DNA of 64,000 nucleotides from Candidatus Iainarchaeum sp. (lineage in GTDB: Archaea > Iainarchaeota > Iainarchaeia > Iainarchaeales > GCA-2688035): contig JAFCCO010000005.1 of assembly GCA_017610175.1 (NCBI GenBank), positions 284 to 64,283 on the forward strand. Reading direction: 5' to 3'. The notes below the pieces were generated by a model. The model ran no database searches. It was given only the letters and a program-made list of their open reading frames with translations, and was not told the DNA's origin. Both the position numbers and the translations under genes were made by a program. How positions within the stretch are numbered: the stretch's first letter is position 1; each line of letters opens with the position of its first letter. Positions 19,376 through 29,624 of the stretch are shown here, piece after piece.

Positions 19376-20389
19376 ATGATTATAGTTCTAGGCAAAAAAG
19401 CAGACGACAAAGCAATAGAGGAACTAACAGAGGAAATTGAAAACAAGGGACTCAAGGTTTTTATCTCAAGGGGGGAGCAGAAGATAATTGTTGGCGCAAT
19501 GGGTGACGAAAGGCTTCTCAATATTGATCACCTGAAAGCGCTTCCATTTGTTGAAAAGGTAATGCCGATTACAGCACTCTACAAGCTGGCAAGCCGTGAA
19601 TTCCACCCAGAGGACACAATCATTAAGGTAAACGGCTGTGAAATTGGCGGGGACAACCTCACAATTATTGCAGGGCCCTGTGCAATCGAGAGCGAAAAGC
19701 AAATGCTTGAAACAGCGCACGCAGTAAAAGATGCCGGAGCATCAATTCTTCGCGGTTCGGCATTCAAGCCAAGAACCTCTCCCTACGATTTCCAGGGGCT
19801 TGCGGAAGAGGGGCTGAAAATTCTGAAAAAGGCAAAGGAAGAAACCGGTCTCCCCATTGAAACAGAGGTTATGGACACAAGGCATGTTGAGCTTGTTGCA
19901 AAATACGTTGACATTCTTCGCGTTGGCGCAAGGAACATGCAGAACTTTGACCTTCTTAAGGAAGTTGGGCGAACGAACAAGCCTGTAATTCTCAAAAACG
20001 GTGTTGCATCCACCATGAAGGAATTCCTCATGGCTGCAGAATACATTATGAGCGAGGGAAACGAGAACGTTATTCTCTGCAACAGGGGAATCAGGTGCTA
20101 TGAACCAGAGCTTCGCTTTCCGATTCTCAGCGGGCTAACCAACCTAATCAAGCAAAAGACCCACCTCCCGGTAATTGTTGACCCAAGCCACAGCACAGGC
20201 AACAAAAGCCTTGTTGTTCCGGTTTCAAAGGCGGCAATTGCAGAGGGAGCCGACGGAATAATTGTCGAGGTCCACAACTGCCCGGAGGAAGCAAAGTGCG
20301 ATGCCGCACAGCAGCTTACCCCTCCCGAATTCAGGGAAATGATGGTGGAACTGAGAAAAATCGGCGAAGCGGTTGGAAAAAAGCTGTGA
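19376..20389 (+). CDS. aroF: DAHP synthase, type I-beta with N-terminal regulatory domain
   Basis: [27 protein letters not shown] and DPSH motifs. Confidence 0.95.
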   Translation: MIIVLGKKADDKAIEELTEEIENKGLKVFISRGEQKIIVGAMGDERLLNIDHLKALPFVEKVMPITALYKLASREFHPEDTIIKVNGCEIGGDNLTIIAGPCAIESEKQMLETAHAVKDAGASILRGSAFKPRTSPYDFQGLAEEGLKILKKAKEETGLPIETEVMDTRHVELVAKYVDILRVGARNMQNFDLLKEVGRTNKPVILKNGVASTMKEFLMAAEYIMSEGNENVILCNRGIRCYEPELRFPILSGLTNLIKQKTHLPVIVDPSHSTGNKSLVVPVSKAAIAEGADGIIVEVHNCPEEAKCDAAQQLTPPEFREMMVELRKIGEAVGKKL

Positions 20390-20393
20390 TTGC

Positions 20394-21008
20394 ATGAAAG
20401 TATATGTTTGCAGGCACGGAGAAACAGTGCTTAACAAGAAGAGGTTGAGGCAGGGGATCCTTGATTCGCCCCTGACTGTCCTGGGTGTTAAGCAGGTTGA
20501 GGAAATGGCCAGTGCACTTTCGGGCATTTCTCCTGCTGCAATTTATTCTTCAGATCTTGGGCGGGCGGTTGCAACCGCCGAGATAATTGCAAAGCCGCAC
20601 AATCTTAATCCAATTCTCTTCGACAAAATACGCGAAATAAGCGGAGGTGCTTTGGAGGGACTCAGCTTTGAGCAGTCAAACAGCAAATACTTCAAGGATG
20701 TTGAGGCGCGAAACAGGGACAAGTTCAATGTGCCGTTTCCGGGCGGGGAAAGTTACGCTGATGTGGAAGTTCGTGTAAAGTCTTTTATTGAAATGCTGTA
20801 TGAAAAGCATTCTGATGAAGAGGTCATTATTGTTTGCCATCAGGCTGTCGGGCGAATGCTTGCTGTACTGCTTGCAGACTTCCCTGCAGAAACAGTGCTT
20901 AAGACGCAGTTTTTGCACAATATGGTTTATGAAATAGATTCAACCAAAGAGAATAAGGTAAGTTACTTGCTTGATGGCAAGAAACATGAGGGCTTGCTTT
21001 ACAGATAG
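20394..21008 (+). CDS. Histidine phosphatase / phosphoglycerate mutase family protein
   Basis: RHGET, SSDLGRA, PGGES and VCH motifs. Confidence 0.88.
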   Translation: MKVYVCRHGETVLNKKRLRQGILDSPLTVLGVKQVEEMASALSGISPAAIYSSDLGRAVATAEIIAKPHNLNPILFDKIREISGGALEGLSFEQSNSKYFKDVEARNRDKFNVPFPGGESYADVEVRVKSFIEMLYEKHSDEEVIIVCHQAVGRMLAVLLADFPAETVLKTQFLHNMVYEIDSTKENKVSYLLDGKKHEGLLYR

Positions 21009-21017
21009 GAGATTTGA

Positions 21018-22289
21018 ATGGAGTTGTTGGTAAAAAAATCGGTATTGAACGGCAACATAAGGATTCCCGCCTCAAAGTCACACACCATCCGTGCTGTCAT
21101 GATTGCATCGCTTGCGAGCGGAAAGTCAACCCTCCTGAACCCACTTGATTCAATGGATTCAACCGCAAGCGTTAATGCCTGCAGGGCAATGGGTGCAAAA
21201 ATCGAGCTGGGAAAAAACTGGGCTATTGAAGGGTTTGCCGGAAAGCCTAAAACCCCAAAGTCCGACATAGACCTTATGAACTCGGGCACCAGCACAAACA
21301 TGGTTGCAGGGATCGCCGCCCACACAACAGGTCCAACCGTTCTCACAGGGGACGAAAGCCTTAGAAGCAGGCCGTTTGCCCCAATTGTTAACGCATTAAA
21401 TGCATTGGGTGCAAGGGTTGAAAGTGTTCCGGGGAACGGAAAGCTTCCGCTTAATGTAAGCGGCTTTCTAGAGGGTGGTTTTGTTGAAATTGACGGCCTT
21501 AATTCACAGCCGGTTTCCAGCATTTTAATTAACTCTGCACTTGCCAAAAATGATATGGAGATGCGCGTAACAAATTTCCACGAGCAGTCCTATGTAAGGA
21601 TGACAATGCAGTGGCTTGACTGGATGGGCATAAAGTACTGTGAAAAGAAAATGGAAACATTCAATGTAGAGGGCGAACAGCAATTCAATTCCTTTGAACG
21701 AAGCATTCCCGCGGACTTTTCATCGGCAACATTCCCGCTTTGTGCGGCCTCAATAATTTCCGGAAGCGACGTTTTGCTTCAGGGTCTTGATATGGATGAC
21801 TCGCAGGGGGACAAGGACGTTGTTGCAATGCTCCAAAAAATGGGTGCGGAAATTGATGTGAATGAAGATGGAATTAGGGTGCGCGGCTCTGAATTGCATG
21901 GAACAGAGCTTGACTTAGACAACACTCCTGATGCATTGCCGGCTCTTGCGGTAGTTGGCTGCTTTGCAGATGGGGAAACCCGCCTTGTAAATGTTGCACA
22001 GGCAAGAATTAAGGAAACAGACCGCATTGCTGCTATGGCTACCGAGCTTAAGAAGATGGGTGCGGATGTGGAGGAGCTTGAAGACGGATTGGTTATTAGA
22101 AAAAGCAATTTGAAGGGTGCGGAAGTTGACGGAAAACACGACCATCGTCTGGTAATGGCCCTTTCCATTGCAGGAATGCTTGCGGAGGGCTCAACAACCG
22201 TAAAAACAGCCGAATCGGTTGACGTGACTTTTCCAACCTATCCGAAATTAATGTCTTCTTTGGGTGCAAAGATGGAGCTGGTGAAATGA
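21018..22289 (+). CDS. aroA: EPSP synthase
   Basis: PASKS, NSGT, SLRSRP, RIKETDR and DHRLVM motifs. Confidence 0.95.
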   Translation: MELLVKKSVLNGNIRIPASKSHTIRAVMIASLASGKSTLLNPLDSMDSTASVNACRAMGAKIELGKNWAIEGFAGKPKTPKSDIDLMNSGTSTNMVAGIAAHTTGPTVLTGDESLRSRPFAPIVNALNALGARVESVPGNGKLPLNVSGFLEGGFVEIDGLNSQPVSSILINSALAKNDMEMRVTNFHEQSYVRMTMQWLDWMGIKYCEKKMETFNVEGEQQFNSFERSIPADFSSATFPLCAASIISGSDVLLQGLDMDDSQGDKDVVAMLQKMGAEIDVNEDGIRVRGSELHGTELDLDNTPDALPALAVVGCFADGETRLVNVAQARIKETDRIAAMATELKKMGADVEELEDGLVIRKSNLKGAEVDGKHDHRLVMALSIAGMLAEGSTTVKTAESVDVTFPTYPKLMSSLGAKMELVK

Positions 22290-22807
22290 AAAACATTGTG
22301 ATAATGGGTTTTAAGGCATGCGGAAAGAGCTGGGTTGGAAGGGACCTTGCCAAAAAGCTTGAAAGGGAATTTATTGACCTGGATGATGTGATTAGGGACC
22401 TTTATAAACAGGAATTCGGGGAACAGCTTTCATGCAGGGAAATTCACCAAAAGCACGGTGCCGAAAAATTCCGTTCCCTTGAAGCAAAAGCGGTTGAGCA
22501 GGTTTCCCAAAAAAGCGATTGCGTTATTGCTTTGGGGGGCGGAACAATTGCATACTCTGCAAACGTTGACCTGCTTAAGGGTTCGGGAATAATTGTTTAC
22601 CTTAAGGATAGTGCTGAGAATTTGCTTGAGCGAATTAAGAAAAGGGGAATTCCCACCTTTCTTGACCCCACTGATTTGGAGGGCTCAATGAAGCGCGAGC
22701 TTGCAAGGCGCGAACCGCTTTACGAAAAATATGCGGACATTATTGTATCCTCCGCTGGGCTAAGTATTGACGGCATTGTTGAAAAAATTATTGGGGCATT
22801 GAAATGA
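22286..22807 (+). CDS. aroK: Shikimate kinase (bacterial AroK type)
   Basis: GFKACGKS P-loop, DLD, FR.LE, LGGG and R.PLY motifs. Confidence 0.93.
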   Translation: MKNIVIMGFKACGKSWVGRDLAKKLEREFIDLDDVIRDLYKQEFGEQLSCREIHQKHGAEKFRSLEAKAVEQVSQKSDCVIALGGGTIAYSANVDLLKGSGIIVYLKDSAENLLERIKKRGIPTFLDPTDLEGSMKRELARREPLYEKYADIIVSSAGLSIDGIVEKIIGALK

Positions 22808-23469
22808 TCGCCGTTCCAATCACCGCCGAATCCATTGATTCTGCGCTCTCAGACATTGGGCTTGCAAACGAAAAGGCCGACATTATTGAGCTTCGCCTGG
22901 ATTTTCTTGAGGACGTAAGTGAATCTGGCCTCAAAGAGCTGTTGGATGCGTGTGAAAAGCCGGCAATAGTCACTTTCAGGGACAAGAATTTTGGGGCGTC
23001 AGTTGAGCAGACTGAGCGGGTTTTCATGCTTAAGAAGGCAATTGATTTTGGGGCGCACTTTGTTGACATTGACTTTGATTCCGAAAAGGATTTTGTTGAG
23101 GATGTTGTGGAGCACAAGCAGGGTGCAAACATTATTTTGTCCCACCACAATTTTGAGGAAACGCCTTCATTGCCTGAGCTTATGAAAGTGCTTAATTCAC
23201 TGCTTGAAGTGCCAGGAATTGATGTTGTGAAGATTGTTACTTTTGCGCAGGACGAGTCCGACAATGACACAGTTCTTGCGCTCATTAAGGTTGTACAAGA
23301 TGCCGAAAGGCACATTATTGCCTTTTGCATGGGCTCAAAAGGTCGAAAAAGCCGCATTGCTTGCGTAAAACTTGGCTCACTGCTTACATTTGCGTCCCTT
23401 GGATTGGGCAAGGAAAGCGCTTCAGGGCAGTTGGCTGTTAATGAAATGAGAAAGGAGCTGGCAAAATGA
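22804..23469 (+). CDS. aroD: 3-dehydroquinate dehydratase type I
   Basis: ELRLD, SHHNF..TP, VKIV, MG..G..SR and ASGQL motifs. Confidence 0.93.
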   Translation: MIAVPITAESIDSALSDIGLANEKADIIELRLDFLEDVSESGLKELLDACEKPAIVTFRDKNFGASVEQTERVFMLKKAIDFGAHFVDIDFDSEKDFVEDVVEHKQGANIILSHHNFEETPSLPELMKVLNSLLEVPGIDVVKIVTFAQDESDNDTVLALIKVVQDAERHIIAFCMGSKGRKSRIACVKLGSLLTFASLGLGKESASGQLAVNEMRKELAK

Positions 23470-24278
23470 TTACCGCAAAAACAAGGGTTTGCGCCGTTCT
23501 TGGGCATCCTGTTGCGCACAGCATGAGCCCCGCAATTCACAATGCTGCATTTAATGAGCTTGGGTTGGATTTTGTTTACGTTGCATTCGACGTTGAGGAT
23601 GTCAGGCCCGCAATTGATGCAATGCGTGAAATGGGCATTAAAGGGTATAGTGTGACAATTCCCCACAAGCAGGCGGTTCTCCCATTAATGGACAAAGTGG
23701 ATTCTCTTGCGGAAAAGATTGGTGCGGTTAACACAGTAGTGAATTCGGGTGGCAAGCTTGAAGGATTCAACACGGATGCATTTGCCGCAGCCAGCGCATT
23801 GGAAGCAAAAACAAGTTTGGGTGGTAAGAAAGTTGCCTTGCTTGGTGCAGGCGGTGCGGCGCGCGCAATAGCCTTTGCTCTTTTTGAAAAGGGCTCTCTT
23901 GTGACAATTTTGAACCGCACTGCTTTAAAGGCCGAAGCTCTTTCAAAAGAGGTTGGTTGCGCACACGCTTTTCTGAATGAGATGGCTTCTTTGGATTTTG
24001 ACATTTTAATCAACGCAACCTCGATTGGAATGCATCCAAAAGTTGACGCTTCCCCTGTTGACAAAAGTATTTTAAAGAAGGGAATGCTTGTTTTTGATGT
24101 GGTTTACAATCCTGTTGAAACCCTGCTGTTGAAGCAGGCAAAGCAAGCGGGTTGTGGCACAGTAAGCGGGGTTGAAATGTTTGTTGGGCAGGGCGCCGAG
24201 CAATTCAGGCTCTGGACCGGCAAAAATGCCCCTGTTGAATTGATGCGCAAAGTTGTGTTAGGGAAGTTGGGCAAATGA
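23466..24278 (+). CDS. aroE: Shikimate dehydrogenase
   Basis: HSMSP, VTIPHK, GAVNT, NTD, GAGGAAR and NAT motifs. Confidence 0.96.
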   Translation: MITAKTRVCAVLGHPVAHSMSPAIHNAAFNELGLDFVYVAFDVEDVRPAIDAMREMGIKGYSVTIPHKQAVLPLMDKVDSLAEKIGAVNTVVNSGGKLEGFNTDAFAAASALEAKTSLGGKKVALLGAGGAARAIAFALFEKGSLVTILNRTALKAEALSKEVGCAHAFLNEMASLDFDILINATSIGMHPKVDASPVDKSILKKGMLVFDVVYNPVETLLLKQAKQAGCGTVSGVEMFVGQGAEQFRLWTGKNAPVELMRKVVLGKLGK

Positions 24279-25342
24279 CCGGAAACGTTTTTGGAGAATC
24301 GTTCAAAATAGTGACTTTTGGCGAGTCCCACGGCACAGCAGTCGGTGTAGTGATTGACGGCGTAAAACCGGGTATTAAAATCAGTGAAAAGGACATTCAA
24401 AAGGAACTTGACAGGCGAAGGCCTGGGCAGAGCAAAGTAAGCACTGCCCGCGAGGAAGAGGACAAGGTTGAGATTCTTAGCGGTGTGTTTGAGGGAAAGA
24501 CGCTTGGGACACCAATTTGCCTGCTTGTTTGGAACAAGGGGATGAAATCAAAGGATTATTCTGCGATAAAGGACTTGTTCAGGCCTGGTCAGGCGGACTA
24601 CACTTATCTGAAAAAGTTTGGATTTCGCGATTACAGGGGCGGAGGCCGTGCTTCCGGAAGGGAAACTATTGGAAGGGTTGCTGCCGGAGCCGTTGCAAAA
24701 AAGCTTCTTGCAAAGAACGGCATAAAGGTTATTGCTTACACCCGCGAGATAGCAGGCATTTCTGCGAAACACTTTGTTGAGGCTGAGATTGAGAAGAATC
24801 CTGTTAGATGCCCTGACAGGGCTGCCGCAAAGAAGATGGCCAGGGCGATTCTTGAGGCAAAATCGGTTGGAAACAGCGTTGGCGGGGTTGTGGAAATTGT
24901 TGTAAAGAACGTTCCTGCCGGTTTGGGCGAGCCTGTTTTTGGAAAGCTTGATGCAGAGCTTGCAAAGGCCTTGATGGGCATTGGCTCAATTAAGGGTGTT
25001 GAGATTGGGGTCGGTTTTGAGGCCGCAAAAATGAAGGGAAGCGAGTGCAATGATGAGATGTATTCAAGGGGCGGGCAGGTTAAGTTCAAGAGCAATAATG
25101 CGGGCGGAATCCTGGGGGGAATCTCCAGTGGCCAGGACATTGTTGCACGCATTGCAGTAAAGCCCACTCCCTCAATTTCACTGCTTCAAAAAACGGTTGA
25201 CGTGAAAGGGAAGAATAAAAGCATCCAAACCTTTGGAAGGCACGACCCCTGCATTTGCCCGCGCGTTGTCCCCGTTGCGGAGGCAATGGTTGCGCTTGTT
25301 CTGGCTGACGCAATTATGGCTCAGGACGCCAAAAAGAACTGA
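24275..25342 (+). CDS. aroC: Chorismate synthase
   Basis: [24 protein letters not shown] and GRHDPC motifs. Confidence 0.97.
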   Translation: MTGNVFGESFKIVTFGESHGTAVGVVIDGVKPGIKISEKDIQKELDRRRPGQSKVSTAREEEDKVEILSGVFEGKTLGTPICLLVWNKGMKSKDYSAIKDLFRPGQADYTYLKKFGFRDYRGGGRASGRETIGRVAAGAVAKKLLAKNGIKVIAYTREIAGISAKHFVEAEIEKNPVRCPDRAAAKKMARAILEAKSVGNSVGGVVEIVVKNVPAGLGEPVFGKLDAELAKALMGIGSIKGVEIGVGFEAAKMKGSECNDEMYSRGGQVKFKSNNAGGILGGISSGQDIVARIAVKPTPSISLLQKTVDVKGKNKSIQTFGRHDPCICPRVVPVAEAMVALVLADAIMAQDAKKN

Positions 25343-25377
25343 TTTTTAATTTAGCGCCTTTCGGCTGCACTTTGTTG

Positions 25378-25409
25378 AAAAAAAAAGAAAAAGAAAGGAA
25401 GAAAGAAAA
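25378..25409 (-). terminator. Archaeal U-rich terminator of the minus-strand lipoprotein transcript
   Basis: Long pyrimidine/U tract directly after the stop codon. Confidence 0.5.
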
Positions 25410-25682
25410 TTAGGCAAAGAGTGCTTCGTCAATTTCCAAATCTTCCAGGTTTGCGTCTTCCTCGGAGTTGAGGAGGTCAACCATTTCGCTGAGCCCTGCT
25501 TCAATTATTTCGAGCTCGTCGACCGATAGGTCGCTTGCGCTTTCCCCGGTTCCAAGTGCTGGAGCAACAAACGCTTCTTCAATCGGTCCCGGTCCGGGCT
25601 CTGTTGGTTCAGGCTCTGGCTGGACACATCCGAGAAGAACCATTGCCGCAAGCAAAGCTATTGCTATTTTTAGCTTGTTCAT
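25410..25682 (-). CDS. Small acidic lipoprotein
   Basis: Signal peptide with LLGC lipobox, Pro/Glu linker. Confidence 0.8.
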   Translation of the reverse strand: MNKLKIAIALLAAMVLLGCVQPEPEPTEPGPGPIEEAFVAPALGTGESASDLSVDELEIIEAGLSEMVDLLNSEEDANLEDLEIDEALFA

Positions 25683-27355
25683 TCGTCCTCACCTCCTTCA
25701 TCTTCTTCGCCTGTTTCCTCAATTAATTCGTCCTCCTCGCTTGTCAGGTCGATTTCGCTTGCCGGATCCAAAAGTTTTTCCTCGTCAAGTTCCGGGATTT
25801 CAATTACCGGCACTTCTTCACCTGCCTGCATTTTTCTGTATGCGAGAACGATTCTTTTGAGGACATGCGCTGCACGCAACAGTCTTGCGTTCACTGCTTT
25901 TGCAATTCTGTGCGTTTCTTTGACAACTGCGTCGACGTCTGCAGCACTATCTGCCTCTGCGTATTTTTGTTTCAGTTCTTCGTGCTTTTCCTTTGCGCGG
26001 TCTATGTCTTCCTTTAGCTTGGCAAGTGCTTCCTCAATTCTTGAGGTGTCCCTGCCATTTTCCTTTGCTTTTTCAGCCAGTGCAAGGAGCTTGTTGTATG
26101 CGTTCTCTGTGTTCTTTATTACCGCTCCGAGCTTGTTGTCAAAGGCACGTCCTACGCGCTTCTTTACTGCCTTTTGCACGGTTTTCCAGTGGTTTTCCAC
26201 TGCCTTTGCTGCCGCTATTACGTCTTCCCTTGTTGCATCCTCTACTTCAAGGTCTGCTCTTATTTCCTTCAACCTTAAAACATAGTTGTCGATGTTTTCA
26301 GGTGCGTTTTCACTTTCTGTCAGTGTGTTAAGGTGTTCGAGGATTGTGTCAATTCTGTCAAGGAGAACCGCTATTGCCTTGTCTTTGAGTTCGTCCCTGA
26401 TTTCCTCTTTTTCCGCGTTTGTTTCCGCAGCCCTTAGCCTGTCCCTTATTTCCAGCATGTCTTCTTTGTTTTCTTTGAAGTTCTCTTTTGCGTCCTTGTA
26501 GTTTTCCCTTGTCATCAAATACCTTTCTTTTTTCTCAAGGTAGTCTTGCTTTACCTTGTTGTATTTCCTGAGCTGGGTTGCCGCAATTTGCTTGACTTTA
26601 ATCTTGCTAAACTTTGCAAGCTCCTTTATTTTTGCCGGCGGGAGGGCTGATATTTTTTCAAGCTCTTCCTCATTGAGTTCGCTGAGGGCCTCTATTTCTT
26701 TCTCTTCAAGCTCCTCAAGGTTTCTCATATTTGTTCTTGGGATTTTGGAAAGCCTTTCAATTTTTTCCTTTGAAAGCGCCTTAAGCTTTTCGAGGACTGA
26801 AGCCTTTACGCTTGTCAGTCTCCAAAGCTGTTCCCTTGAAAGCTCTATTAGCTTGTCAAATTGTGTTTTGTTAAGGTCTTCCAATTTCTTGATTTTGTCG
26901 GCTTTGATTGAAAGTACCTTTTCAAGCTGTGCCTTGTCAAGGGCTGCCAAAGTCTTTACTTGCCTTTCACCAAGCTCCTTTATTTTTTGGAACTGCCTGC
27001 TTTCCAGTTCTCCGAATCTCTTTATTTGTGCCTCTCCAAGTTGTTTGAACTTGTCGAGGTCTGTTGCATCAAGCCTTTCAAATTGCTTGAATTCTCTGTG
27101 TTCCAGAACCTCAAACCTTTGCCTTACGGTTTCCGGAAGCTTTTCAAATCTTTCTTGGATGGTTGCAATTAGCCTTCTTTCTGCGAGTGGCTTTCGCACA
27201 GCAGTCACCGCGTCGGGCACAACAACCTGGGCAATAATTCTTGGATCCCTGTCTGTCGGGGTTCCGTAACTTGTTGGCTCAACACTGTCCTGCGCTACAG
27301 CCATGCTTACAAATAGAAGGGCAAGCAACACGGTTGCGATCGCAAGTTTCTTCAT
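25679..27355 (-). CDS. Secreted helical protein with 11-residue tandem repeats and coiled coil
   Basis: Sec signal peptide (MKKLAIA...AVA), GGAGG RBS, about 17 x 11-aa repeats, acidic tail. Confidence 0.8.
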   Translation of the reverse strand: MKKLAIATVLLALLFVSMAVAQDSVEPTSYGTPTDRDPRIIAQVVVPDAVTAVRKPLAERRLIATIQERFEKLPETVRQRFEVLEHREFKQFERLDATDLDKFKQLGEAQIKRFGELESRQFQKIKELGERQVKTLAALDKAQLEKVLSIKADKIKKLEDLNKTQFDKLIELSREQLWRLTSVKASVLEKLKALSKEKIERLSKIPRTNMRNLEELEEKEIEALSELNEEELEKISALPPAKIKELAKFSKIKVKQIAATQLRKYNKVKQDYLEKKERYLMTRENYKDAKENFKENKEDMLEIRDRLRAAETNAEKEEIRDELKDKAIAVLLDRIDTILEHLNTLTESENAPENIDNYVLRLKEIRADLEVEDATREDVIAAAKAVENHWKTVQKAVKKRVGRAFDNKLGAVIKNTENAYNKLLALAEKAKENGRDTSRIEEALAKLKEDIDRAKEKHEELKQKYAEADSAADVDAVVKETHRIAKAVNARLLRAAHVLKRIVLAYRKMQAGEEVPVIEIPELDEEKLLDPASEIDLTSEEDELIEETGEEDEGGEDE

Positions 27356-27469
27356 TTAATTAACCTCCTTAATAATTCTTCTTTGCGAAGAAAAGAATCT
27401 GTTATTTATAGGGCTTAAGTACAATAAAAGGTTTTTCCCTGTTTTTAGGAGGGGTTGAAGCAGCTTTGT

Positions 27470-28588
27470 TCAGCGGTTTTCTTTTATTGCCTGCTTGACC
27501 GTTTCTTCGAGAACCTTGATTCCATATTTTCCGTCAACTTTCTTCATTTCGCCTATTGTTGCGGGAAGCGCAAACTCTGCCTTTCCAAGTCTTGCCTTTT
27601 TATCCAAGCGAATTAGCCTTAGAATCTCTTCGGTTTCCATTTTCTTTGGGACAAGCGTGCTTAATCCCATTCCCTTGAAAATTTTCTGCTGCCTTTCAAC
27701 GTCTTCTTTTGGTAAAAAGTTCATTTTGTGCGCAATCTTTGCCTCGGTAATGAGCCCTATTGCAACGCATTCGCCGTGCTTTAGCTTAAAGTCTGACATT
27801 TTTTCAATTGCGTGCCCGATTGTGTGGCCGTAGTTAAGAATTTTTCTGATTCCATTCTCCCGCTCGTCCTCTTCAACAACTTTTGTTTTGATTTTGCAGT
27901 TCCATTCAAGAAGCTCAATCATTGTTTCAGTGTAGGTTTCGCCTTTTCGTTCCATTATTGTGTTCTGGTTCTTTTCAAAGAATTCAAGAAATGCCCTGTC
28001 TGCGATAATTCCGTGCTTTACGAGCTCAACCATTCCCGCCCTGTATTCCATTTCAGGAAGTGTGTCAAGTGTTGCAATGTCTATGTACACTTTGCTTGGC
28101 TGGTGAAACGTCCCAATCAGGTTTTTTCCTGCCGGCACATCAATTGCGGTCTTTCCCCCGACACTGCTGTCTGCCTGTGCGACAATGCTTGTTGCAACCT
28201 GGACAATTGGAATTCCGCGCATGTAGGTTGCGGCAATAAATCCCCCAAGGTCTCCGCACACTCCGCCCCCAATTGCAATGAGCGCCGAGTCCCTTCCGTA
28301 TCCCTGTTCAAAAAGCATGTCCTCTATCTCCGCTTTTGTCTGCCTTGACTTGCTTTTTTCGCCTGCATTAAACACAAGTAGTGAAACATCAAGCCCCTGT
28401 TTTTGCATTTCCCCAAGAAGTTTTTTTCCGTGGTTTTTCTCCACGTTTGAATCCGAAAGAATTACATACCTGTTTGCAAGATTCATTTTTTTCAAATCGG
28501 TTGCAATTTGCAAAAAGAGGTCTCTTCCCACCACAATGTCGTATGACTTGTTTTCCATTTTTTCGAGGTTTACCCTTATAGTTCTCAT
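27470..28588 (-). CDS. aroB: 3-dehydroquinate synthase (bacterial type)
   Basis: GEKSK, GGGVCGD, DSSVGGKT, LNYGHTIGHAIE and HGE motifs. Confidence 0.96.
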   Translation of the reverse strand: MRTIRVNLEKMENKSYDIVVGRDLFLQIATDLKKMNLANRYVILSDSNVEKNHGKKLLGEMQKQGLDVSLLVFNAGEKSKSRQTKAEIEDMLFEQGYGRDSALIAIGGGVCGDLGGFIAATYMRGIPIVQVATSIVAQADSSVGGKTAIDVPAGKNLIGTFHQPSKVYIDIATLDTLPEMEYRAGMVELVKHGIIADRAFLEFFEKNQNTIMERKGETYTETMIELLEWNCKIKTKVVEEDERENGIRKILNYGHTIGHAIEKMSDFKLKHGECVAIGLITEAKIAHKMNFLPKEDVERQQKIFKGMGLSTLVPKKMETEEILRLIRLDKKARLGKAEFALPATIGEMKKVDGKYGIKVLEETVKQAIKENR

Positions 28589-28670
28589 TGCATTAATCAA
28601 AACACGAAATAATTAAAAGCAACTGCTTCCGAAAGAATAAAATAGGGCTTTGTCCCTTCTTTTTAGTGAA

Positions 28671-29624
28671 ATGCCTTCGAATAAAAGCGCTTTGGGTAGC
28701 GGTCCTGCCAGGGCCAAACCATGTATTCAGGTTGAAAATGTTTTCAAGAGCTATGACGACCTGCAGGCGGTGGACGGCCTTGATTTTGTTGTGAACTGCG
28801 GTGAAATCTTTGGCCTGCTTGGGCCAAACGGTGCGGGAAAAACATCCACCATTCGAATGATGTTGCAGATGATTACTCCGGACGGGGGAAATGTCAAGAT
28901 TTTTGGGCAGCCGTTTTCTGAGAAAGCAAAGGAGTTCATTGGATACCTTCCCGAGGAACGCGGGCTTTACGAAAGGCTTACAGTTCGCGAAAACCTTGAG
29001 TACATTTCTTCATTGAAGGGGGCCGACCCCGAAATGGCTGACAAAAAAATCGTGAACCTTCTTCACAAAGTTGGCTTGCTTGATTTTATGGACAAAAGGG
29101 TTTCCATTTTAAGCAAGGGAATGAAGCAGCTTGTTCAGCTTGTTGCAACCCTGGCCCACAACCCAAAGCTTTTGGTTCTTGACGAGCCGTTTTCCGGGCT
29201 TGACCCTGCAAACCGTGAGCTTGTGAAGAAGATAATTCTTGAGGAAAGAAAAAAGGGCAAGACAATAATTTTAAGCACGCATTTGATGGAGGAGGTTGAG
29301 GCGCTCTGTGACCGCATTCTTGTTGTCAGCAAAGGCAGGAGAATTCTTTACGGGGACGTTGCGGAGATTAAGGCCCGTTATGCGCGCCACAGCATTTACG
29401 TTGAGTTTGACGGCAAGTTTCCAAAGCTTGAGGGTGTGGACAGGCAGGACCTGAAAACAACCTCTGTTGAGCTGTTCCTGCGGGTTGACACCGACCCTCA
29501 AAACATTTTCAGGCAGCTTGCCAAAAGCACCGCAAAGATAAGGCGTTTTGATGTGAGGGAAATGAGTCTGGACCAGATTTTTGTGCAACTTGTGGAGGCT
29601 GAGAAAAAATGGGAAAAATTCTGA
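28671..29624 (+). CDS. ABC transporter ATP-binding protein (YhaQ/NatA-like)
   Basis: GPNGAGKT, GYLPEERGLY, LSKGMKQ and LDEPFSGLD motifs. Confidence 0.93.
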   Translation: MPSNKSALGSGPARAKPCIQVENVFKSYDDLQAVDGLDFVVNCGEIFGLLGPNGAGKTSTIRMMLQMITPDGGNVKIFGQPFSEKAKEFIGYLPEERGLYERLTVRENLEYISSLKGADPEMADKKIVNLLHKVGLLDFMDKRVSILSKGMKQLVQLVATLAHNPKLLVLDEPFSGLDPANRELVKKIILEERKKGKTIILSTHLMEEVEALCDRILVVSKGRRILYGDVAEIKARYARHSIYVEFDGKFPKLEGVDRQDLKTTSVELFLRVDTDPQNIFRQLAKSTAKIRRFDVREMSLDQIFVQLVEAEKKWEKF

